This document shows, in pieces, positions 45,965-52,930 of a stretch of 64,000 bases of DNA. The position numbers were made by a program, and so were the translations under genes. The notes beneath the pieces are model-generated. The model did no database searches. It saw only the letters and a program-made list of their open reading frames with translations, and was not told the origin of the DNA. The stretch is from an uncultured Actinomycetes bacterium. Its GTDB lineage: Bacteria > Actinomycetota > UBA4738 > HRBIN12. The DNA lies in contig CAVROD010000001.1 of the NCBI GenBank assembly GCA_963722795.1, positions 81,684-145,683 on the forward strand, read 5' to 3'. The stretch's first letter is position 1, and every line of letters starts with the position of its first letter.

Positions 45965-47560
45965 ATGCCGATACCACCCGCTATGAGGGGGTCGGTGTCC
46001 GCGAGCGTCGAGCTCGAACGAGGGCGGGCCGCTCTGTCCCGGCGCGACTTCGTGCGCGCAGCCGCGATGAGCGGTGCCCTCGCTGGCGCCGGCGCCTCGC
46101 TCGGGGTGGCACGGGCCACGCCGGCCTCGGCGGGCGCGGCCCTCGTCGCGACCGACCCCGACCTGCACCTGCTGCGGCGCGCGACGTTCGGCCCCACCGA
46201 GTCGCTCGTCAAAGAGGTCCGCCGGCTCGGCCGGGCCCGGTGGCTCGAGCGCCAGCTCGATCCGGCGTCGGTGCGCGACTCGTTCTGCGAGGACTACGTC
46301 GCCGACCGCTACCCCGACCTCGACATCACGGTCGAACGTGCGTACTCGACCTACGGCGGGTCGTGGGACCTGATGTACGGCCTGGGGCAGGCGGCCATCG
46401 TGCGCGCCGCGTGGAGCAACCGCCAGCTGTTCGAGGTGATGGTCGACTTCTGGTCGAACCACCTGAACGTCACGAACCCGCACGAGGCGTGCTGGTGGTC
46501 GCGGCACGACTACGACCGCCAGGTGATCCGGCGCCACGCGCTGGGGAAGTTCTCGAAGATGCTGCGGGCCTCGGCCACCCACCCCGCGATGATGATGTAC
46601 CTCAACAACGCCGAGAGCTCGCGCGACAACCCCAACGAGAACTACGGACGCGAGATCTTGGAGCTGCACTCGGTCGGGGTCGACGGAGGATACGACGAGG
46701 ACGACATGCGTCAGTCGACCATGGTCCTTACCGGCTTCGGCATCAGCTGGGACACGGGCTCGTTCGAATACCACCCGTGGGACCACTACGTGGGTCCGGT
46801 CGACGTCATGGGGTTCCACGCGAACAACGGCACGGAAGCCGGTGGCCGCGACGTGGGGCTCGCCTACGTCGACTACCTGGCACACCACCCCTCGACCGCC
46901 GAGCGCATCGCGCGCAAGCTCTGCGTGCGTTTCGTCTCCGACGACCCTCCTGCCTCGCTCGTCGATGCGCTCGCGGAGACCTACCTCGACCACGACACGG
47001 CGATCGTGCCGGTGCTGGAGCGGCTGTTCCGGTCGAGGGCCTTCGCCTCGTCGGTCGGCACCAAGGTACGGCGGCCGTTCGAGGATCTCGCGGCCACGCT
47101 GCGCATCCTGCACATCCGGCCGGACCCGGCCGGCGTCGACGGGCAGGAGGGGCTGTACTGGCTGATCCAAGGGCTCGGGCACCTGCCGATGGGATGGGTG
47201 CCGCCCGACGGCTACCCCGACACGGGCGACCCGTGGCGATCGGCCGGCCTCACGCTGGGCCGGTGGAACATGCACGTGGGGCTCGCGGCGGGGTGGTGGC
47301 CCGCCGATCACCTCAAGGTGCCCGAGCTCCTTCGATCGGTGTTGCCCGGCGGCCTGCCCGCCACGTACGGCGGACTCGTCGACACGCTGGCGAAGCGATT
47401 GGTGTTCCGCAAGCTCCCCGCCGCGCACCGAGCGGCGGCGCTCGCGTTCCTGCAGCACGACCAGGCCGACCTGCTCGAGGCCGATGACGCAGCCGTCGGC
47501 TGGCGCCTGCCCTACCTGGTGGCGCTCATCCTCGACACGCCGAGCCATGGGATCAGGTGA
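45965..47560 (+). CDS. DUF1800 domain protein with a Tat-type signal
   Basis: 531-aa ORF. Motifs SRRDFVRAAAMSGALAGAGA, HLLRRATFGPT, FWSNHLNV and ELHSVGVDGGY. Confidence 0.8.
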   Translation: MPIPPAMRGSVSASVELERGRAALSRRDFVRAAAMSGALAGAGASLGVARATPASAGAALVATDPDLHLLRRATFGPTESLVKEVRRLGRARWLERQLDPASVRDSFCEDYVADRYPDLDITVERAYSTYGGSWDLMYGLGQAAIVRAAWSNRQLFEVMVDFWSNHLNVTNPHEACWWSRHDYDRQVIRRHALGKFSKMLRASATHPAMMMYLNNAESSRDNPNENYGREILELHSVGVDGGYDEDDMRQSTMVLTGFGISWDTGSFEYHPWDHYVGPVDVMGFHANNGTEAGGRDVGLAYVDYLAHHPSTAERIARKLCVRFVSDDPPASLVDALAETYLDHDTAIVPVLERLFRSRAFASSVGTKVRRPFEDLAATLRILHIRPDPAGVDGQEGLYWLIQGLGHLPMGWVPPDGYPDTGDPWRSAGLTLGRWNMHVGLAAGWWPADHLKVPELLRSVLPGGLPATYGGLVDTLAKRLVFRKLPAAHRAAALAFLQHDQADLLEADDAAVGWRLPYLVALILDTPSHGIR

Positions 47561-47564
47561 CGAT

Positions 47565-48887
47565 ATGCCCGCAGACCGCACGACCATCGACGTGAGCCCC
47601 TTGCCGCAGCCGTGCGGATGCCCGGCCACCCCCGAGCTGTCGAGGCGCTCGTTCCTCAAGGCGGCCGGGGCGGCGGGCATCGTGGCAGGGCTCGCGAGCG
47701 AGGGCGCGTTCACGCGCCTGGCGTTCGGCGCCACGCCGTACGCCGGCGACGTGCTCGTCGTGCTGTCACTTCGCGGCGGCATGGACAGCCTGCAGGCAGT
47801 GGTGCCGGCGACCGCGCAGCAGTATGGGCACTACGCGACCTGGCGGCCGAACATCGCGGTGCCGCAGGGCCAACTGCTGCCGCTCGACGCGAGCTTCGGC
47901 ATGCATCCGGCGATGGCGCCCCTGCAGCCGTTCTACGACGACGGATCGCTCGGCATCGTGCAGGCGGTCGGCATGGCCCAGCCCAATCGTTCCCACTTCT
48001 CGGCGATGGAAGAGATGGAGCGCGCGGCGCCGGGCACCTCGCTGCGCACCGGCTGGCTCGATCGCGTGCTCGGGCTGCGCGACGCCGGGTCACCGTTCCA
48101 AGCCACGCAGATGGGCTCGAACAGTGCCGCGTCGGCGTTCCTCGGCCCGGCCCCCGAGCTCGCGATGTGGAACATCGCGGGCTTCGACCTCTCGGGCGCA
48201 TGGAACGCGACCGAGGCCGCCCGTTGGGATGCCGCCCTGCGGGGCGTACACGACGGCGCCCCCGCGGTCGTCGCCGCACCGGCAACCACCGCGCTCGATG
48301 CCTTGTCGACCGCGGCAGACCTGCCCGGCGAGAGCTACGTGCCCGCCAACGAGGCCCAGTACCCGGCGAACTCCCGCCTGGGTGATGCGTTGCGCGATGT
48401 CGCCCAACTCATCAAGGCCGACGTGGGGCTGCAGGTCGCGGCGGTCGATTACGGCGACTGGGACATGCACGCCGATCAAGGCGGCATCGACGGCGGCTGG
48501 CTCGTCGAGCACCTCACGGAATTCGCGTCGGCCCTCGCGGCGTTCGCCACCGACCTCGGCGGTGCGATGGGCGACGTCACGGTCATCACGCTCACCGAGT
48601 TCGGCCGCCGCATCGAAGAGAACGGGTCGGGCGGCACCGACCACGGTTTCGGGCAGTCCGTGTTCCTGCTCGGCGGAGGTGTTCGTGGCGGGCAGGTGCA
48701 CGGCACATGGCCCGGCATCGGCCCCGCCGACCTGATCGACGGCGACCTCGGCGCGACGACCGACTACCGCACGCTGTTGGCGACCGTGCTCGAACGTCGA
48801 TGCGGGGCCTCGGCGAGCGACGTCTCGAGCGTGTTCCCGGGGTTGCCGAACGAGCGGCCCGACGTGGTCCAGCAGCGGTCCTCGTAG
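47565..48887 (+). CDS. DUF1501 domain protein (sulfatase/phosphatase-like fold) with a Tat-type signal
   Basis: ATG 47565. Motifs SRRSFLKAAGAAGIVAG, VLSLRGGMDSL, YGDWDMHA and GGTDHG. Confidence 0.8.
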   Translation: MPADRTTIDVSPLPQPCGCPATPELSRRSFLKAAGAAGIVAGLASEGAFTRLAFGATPYAGDVLVVLSLRGGMDSLQAVVPATAQQYGHYATWRPNIAVPQGQLLPLDASFGMHPAMAPLQPFYDDGSLGIVQAVGMAQPNRSHFSAMEEMERAAPGTSLRTGWLDRVLGLRDAGSPFQATQMGSNSAASAFLGPAPELAMWNIAGFDLSGAWNATEAARWDAALRGVHDGAPAVVAAPATTALDALSTAADLPGESYVPANEAQYPANSRLGDALRDVAQLIKADVGLQVAAVDYGDWDMHADQGGIDGGWLVEHLTEFASALAAFATDLGGAMGDVTVITLTEFGRRIEENGSGGTDHGFGQSVFLLGGGVRGGQVHGTWPGIGPADLIDGDLGATTDYRTLLATVLERRCGASASDVSSVFPGLPNERPDVVQQRSS

Positions 48888-48906
48888 CCGGTCCGCCGCG
48901 CAGCGT

Positions 48907-48938
48907 TCACGCGCTCACGCGCTCACGCGCTCACGCGC
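48907..48938. repeat. 8-bp tandem repeat TCACGCGC x 4 at the 3' end of the second LacI gene
   Basis: Perfect copies at 48907, 48915, 48923 and 48931. On the minus strand each unit carries a TGA, and the one at 48923-48925 is the LacI stop codon. Confidence 0.9.
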
Positions 48939-49963
48939 ATCGTGGAGCCGCGCACCGAGATCGAGGTCGAGACGTCACGCACCGAGGAGGCGGGGCGGCC
49001 CTCGAGCACGTCGACGAGGAGCGACGTCGCGACCTCGCCCAGGCGGCTCTGGTGCAACTCCAGGGTGGTGATGGCGGGGTGGGCCGACGCCGCGAGGCCC
49101 ATCTCGGCGATCGAGCCCACGAGCAGCGCGCCCGGCACGTCGATGCCCGCGTGCGTCGCGGCCGACACCAGTTCCACGGCTTGGCGCTCGTAGAGACAGA
49201 ACACGGCGTCGGGATGCTCCCGGTCACCGAGGAACGCCTCTGCCCCGGCCCGGAACTCGGCAGGCGTCGCCGTGGAGTCGGCATCGATCGTGTGCACGGA
49301 CGGTTCCTGGCCACGTCGGGTGCACCACGCGTGGTAGGCAACGAGGGCGTCCTCGGAGAACGTCTCGAACGTGCGGAGCCCCAGCAGGCCGACCCGGCGC
49401 CCGCCGGCATCGACGAGATGGTCGAGCATGCGACGGGTGGCGTCGGCCCGGTCGTTCTCCACCACGAGGTCGTCGGGTTCGCCGTGCGGGTCGCGACCGA
49501 CGAACACGATCGGAGCGCCGCGCTTGCGCAGCATCGGGAGCGTCGGATCGCCGTCGGCGGGGTCGATCACGATCACGCCGTCGAGCGGCAGACGACCCCA
49601 CGTGTCGGGCCCTGCGGTCGAGGGCGCCACCACGAGTGCGTAGCCGCGGCCGACGGCGGTCCGCGTCGCGGCGTTCATGAGCGCCACGTAATAGTCGATC
49701 TGCGTGAAGGCGATCGGCGCGTTTCCGGGCAGCGAGACCACGGTGGCGATCATGCCCGTGCGCCCGCTCGCGAGGCTCTGCGCGACCGGATGCGGCGTGT
49801 ACCCGAGATCGGTCGCCACCCGACGCACGCGGTCGCGGGTCTGCTGGGTGAGCCGCCCCTTGCCGTTCAGGGCGTGCGAGACGGTCGTGATGGAGACCCC
49901 GGCCGCCTGCGCGACGTCCTTGATGCCCACCCGGCGGCCGGCGCCGCCCGATCGCCCGCTCAC
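48923..49963 (-). CDS. LacI-family transcriptional regulator, translationally coupled to the upstream ABC permease gene
   Basis: GTG 49963 overlaps the permease TGA (GTGA). HTH GIKDVAQAAGVSITTVSHALN and a sugar-binding-type core. Confidence 0.8.
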   Translation of the reverse strand: MSGRSGGAGRRVGIKDVAQAAGVSITTVSHALNGKGRLTQQTRDRVRRVATDLGYTPHPVAQSLASGRTGMIATVVSLPGNAPIAFTQIDYYVALMNAATRTAVGRGYALVVAPSTAGPDTWGRLPLDGVIVIDPADGDPTLPMLRKRGAPIVFVGRDPHGEPDDLVVENDRADATRRMLDHLVDAGGRRVGLLGLRTFETFSEDALVAYHAWCTRRGQEPSVHTIDADSTATPAEFRAGAEAFLGDREHPDAVFCLYERQAVELVSAATHAGIDVPGALLVGSIAEMGLAASAHPAITTLELHQSRLGEVATSLLVDVLEGRPASSVRDVSTSISVRGSTMRVSA

Positions 49964-50760
49964 GCGCCCACCACCAGGTCGGCCGACCGTTCTCCCTTGG
50001 GCCTGGTCAGCCGCAACGCGACCACGATCATGAGGAGCGAGCCGACCATGACGATGGCGGCGACCGCGTTGATCACCGGCGTCACGCCGAAGCGGATCAT
50101 CGCGTAGACCTTGATCGGGAACGTGATCGAGCTCGGGCCCGAGTTGAAGAACGCGATCACGAACTCGTCGATCGAGAGCGTGAACGCCACGAGCGCCCCC
50201 GCCACGACACCGGGCAGGATCGCCGGCAGGGTCACCAGCAGGAACGTGGTCACAGGATTCGCCCCCAGGTCCGCGGCGGCTTCCTCGATGCGACGGTCGA
50301 AGTAGCCGAGCCTCGTGCGCACGATCGCAGCGACGAAGATCATGTCGAAGACCACGTGGGCGATCACGATCGTGTGCAGCCCCAGGGTGAACCGCAGCAG
50401 GTTGAAGAACGACAAGAGCCCGATCGCGAGCACGATGTCGGGGATCACGGCGGGCAGGAAGAGCGCGCTGTCGAGCACGCGGCTGCGCACCGTGCGCTGC
50501 AGCCCGAGTGCGAGCAGGGTGCCCAGCACGACCGAGATCGCCGTGACGAAACCGGCGACGATCAGCGAGTTCTTGATCGCGGAAAGCAGCTCCTCGTCGC
50601 CGACGAGTTCCCGGTACCACTGCAGGGAGAAGCCCTCCCAGACGGTCGGCAGCCCCGAGCTGTTGAACGAGAGGACCACGAGCACGGCGATCGGCAGGTA
50701 GAGGAACAGGAACAAGAAGGCCATGTGGACCCGTAGGGCGCGACTACGCCGGACGGCCAT
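49960..50760 (-). CDS. ABC transporter permease, PotC-like
   Basis: 266-aa intact multi-TM ORF. Loop motif IEEAAADLGANPVTTFLLVTLPAILPGV. Confidence 0.85.
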   Translation of the reverse strand: MAVRRSRALRVHMAFLFLFLYLPIAVLVVLSFNSSGLPTVWEGFSLQWYRELVGDEELLSAIKNSLIVAGFVTAISVVLGTLLALGLQRTVRSRVLDSALFLPAVIPDIVLAIGLLSFFNLLRFTLGLHTIVIAHVVFDMIFVAAIVRTRLGYFDRRIEEAAADLGANPVTTFLLVTLPAILPGVVAGALVAFTLSIDEFVIAFFNSGPSSITFPIKVYAMIRFGVTPVINAVAAIVMVGSLLMIVVALRLTRPKGERSADLVVGA

Positions 50761-51640
50761 GCTCCACCTCCTGGGTCCGCCGGAGCACCTGCGCCTGCAC
50801 GGCCAGCACCAAGAACATCAGCACGATCACCGACATCGCCAGCACGGCGCCGAACGGCCAGTCACGCGCCGTCAGGAACTGCTGCTGGATCACGTTGCCG
50901 ATCATCACCGTCTGGCCGCCCCCGAGCAGGTCAGGCACGATGAAGTTCCCGAGGCTCGGCACGAAGACGAAGATGCATCCCGCCACGATGCCCGGCAGCG
51001 TGAGCGGGATGGTGACCTTCCGCAGGGTCTGCGCCGGGGTCGCGTAGAGGTCGGCGGCCGCTTCCGACGTCTGAGGTCCGAGTCGCTCGAGCGACGCGTA
51101 GATCGGCAGCACCATCAACGGCAGGTAGGCGTAGACCAGCCCGAGCGTCACCGCGAACTCGTTGTAGAGCAGGGGCAGCGGCTCATCGATCACCCCGATG
51201 CCCATCAACACCTTGTTGATGAGGCCGGCCGGGTTCAGCAGCACCATCCACGCGTAGGTCCTGATCAGGAAGCTCGTCCAGAACGGCAGGATCACCAGCA
51301 CGAGCAGCGGCACGCGCCAGCGGGGCGACGCCCGAGCGATGAAGAGCGCGGCCGGGTACGCGAGCAGGAGTGCCGCCAGGGTCGCGATCGCGGCGATGCG
51401 GACCGAGGTCCACAGCACGCCGACGTAGAGAGGGTCGAGCGCGCGACGGTAGTTCTTCAGCGTGAACTCGTAGATCACACCCCCGTACGGGCCCCGGCTG
51501 AAGAACGAGTACGCGATCAGCACCCCGACCGGCACGAGGAAGAACGCCAGCCACCATGCTGTACCCGGACCGAGCAGCACGAGACGAGGGACCCAGACCC
51601 GGCCCCCGGCACGCCGGGCACGGGTCGTCGCGGCGCTCAT
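50744..51640 (-). CDS. ABC transporter permease, PotB-like
   Basis: ORF 50744..51763 trimmed to ATG 51640 (MSAATTRARR...), downstream of the binding-protein stop at 51660. Loop motif SEAAADLYATPAQTLRKVTIPLTLPGI. Confidence 0.8.
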   Translation of the reverse strand: MSAATTRARRAGGRVWVPRLVLLGPGTAWWLAFFLVPVGVLIAYSFFSRGPYGGVIYEFTLKNYRRALDPLYVGVLWTSVRIAAIATLAALLLAYPAALFIARASPRWRVPLLVLVILPFWTSFLIRTYAWMVLLNPAGLINKVLMGIGVIDEPLPLLYNEFAVTLGLVYAYLPLMVLPIYASLERLGPQTSEAAADLYATPAQTLRKVTIPLTLPGIVAGCIFVFVPSLGNFIVPDLLGGGQTVMIGNVIQQQFLTARDWPFGAVLAMSVIVLMFLVLAVQAQVLRRTQEVEHGRPA

Positions 51641-51659
51641 GACCGCTGGAGCGAAGGCC

Positions 51660-52775
51660 TCACGCCTTGATCTCGGTTGCGGTCTCCGTCCACAGGATCG
51701 TGCCCTCTTCGCCGAGGTCGGTCTGCACCTCCTGCTCGAAGAGCTCGGCGGGGGTGATCGCAAGCGTCGGGTAGCCCTTGATCACCGCGGGATCGACGGC
51801 GGACATCACCTCGGCGCTCGGCATCTTGTAGAGCGTGAACTCGACGATCTGCTTCCCCACCTCGGGACGCAGGATGTAATCGATGAACGCGTACGCGGCA
51901 GCCTTGTTCTCGGAAGCGTCCAGCACGACCATGTTGTCGACCCAGAGGTCGCTGCCTTCGTCGGGGATCACGAAGTCGATGTTCTTCGGGTCCTCGAGGC
52001 GTCCGTACTCGCACCAGCCGTCCCACGCCTGCACCAGGCTCGCCTCGCCCGAGACGAGCTTCGAGTAGAAGGTCGTGTCGTCGAAGGCGAGCAGGTTCTC
52101 CTTGGCCTCCATGGTCCACGCCTTCGCCTCATCGATCTCCGCCGGGTCGGTCGTGTTGACCGAGTACCCGAGGCTCAACAGCGCCGGCTGCAGGAGCCAC
52201 CGGTCGGTGCCGAGCATCGTCATCTTGCCCTCGGTGTCGGGGGCCGCGGTATGGAAGGCCTCCCAGGAGCTGGGCGTCTCGGAGAGAAGGTCGCTGCGGT
52301 AGCAGATGCCCGTCGTGCCCCACGTGTACGGCACCGAGTGCGTGTTGCCCGGATCGAAGGCCAGCTCGGTCGCCTCGGTGTCGAGGTTCGCCATGTTCGG
52401 GATCTGCGCTGGATCGATCTCGGCTGCGTACCCGAGACCCTCGAGGGGCTCGATGAAGGGACCCGACACGAACACGAGGTCGAATCCGGAACCATTGGCC
52501 GCCGTGAGCTTGCCCATGATGTCTTCGTTCGTGGTGTGGATCGCGTACTCGACCGTGACACCCGTTTCCGCCTCGAAGTCCTTCACGACCGACTTCGGCA
52601 TGTAGGCGTCCCAATTCGAGACCGTGAGCGTGGTTCCGCTGATGTCGACCGGCTCTGCCGAGCCCGTGTCGGATGACGCAGGCGGTGTCTCCCCCCCGTC
52701 GTCCGACCCACACGCCGCGAGCACGAGCACCGCGACCGCCATCAACGCTGTGAGACGAAGGAACCGCTGCCGCAT
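51660..52775 (-). CDS. ABC transporter substrate-binding lipoprotein, PotD/PotF family
   Basis: 371-aa ORF. Lipoprotein leader LMAVAVLVLAAC. Core motifs LTVSNWDAYMP and VPYTWGTTGICYRSD. Confidence 0.85.
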   Translation of the reverse strand: MRQRFLRLTALMAVAVLVLAACGSDDGGETPPASSDTGSAEPVDISGTTLTVSNWDAYMPKSVVKDFEAETGVTVEYAIHTTNEDIMGKLTAANGSGFDLVFVSGPFIEPLEGLGYAAEIDPAQIPNMANLDTEATELAFDPGNTHSVPYTWGTTGICYRSDLLSETPSSWEAFHTAAPDTEGKMTMLGTDRWLLQPALLSLGYSVNTTDPAEIDEAKAWTMEAKENLLAFDDTTFYSKLVSGEASLVQAWDGWCEYGRLEDPKNIDFVIPDEGSDLWVDNMVVLDASENKAAAYAFIDYILRPEVGKQIVEFTLYKMPSAEVMSAVDPAVIKGYPTLAITPAELFEQEVQTDLGEEGTILWTETATEIKA

Positions 52776-52930
52776 CCTGACGCACCCCCCAGGGAATCCC
52801 GGACCGACCTGTCGATCGGGTGTACGGGAAGATCCGCTCTGAAGCGCATGGTATAACGCACCTGGAAGGGATGCGCAAGCGCTTTTGCAGTTGAGGAGCG
52901 GCGCGGGAGCGACGGAGGGAGGATCCCGAC

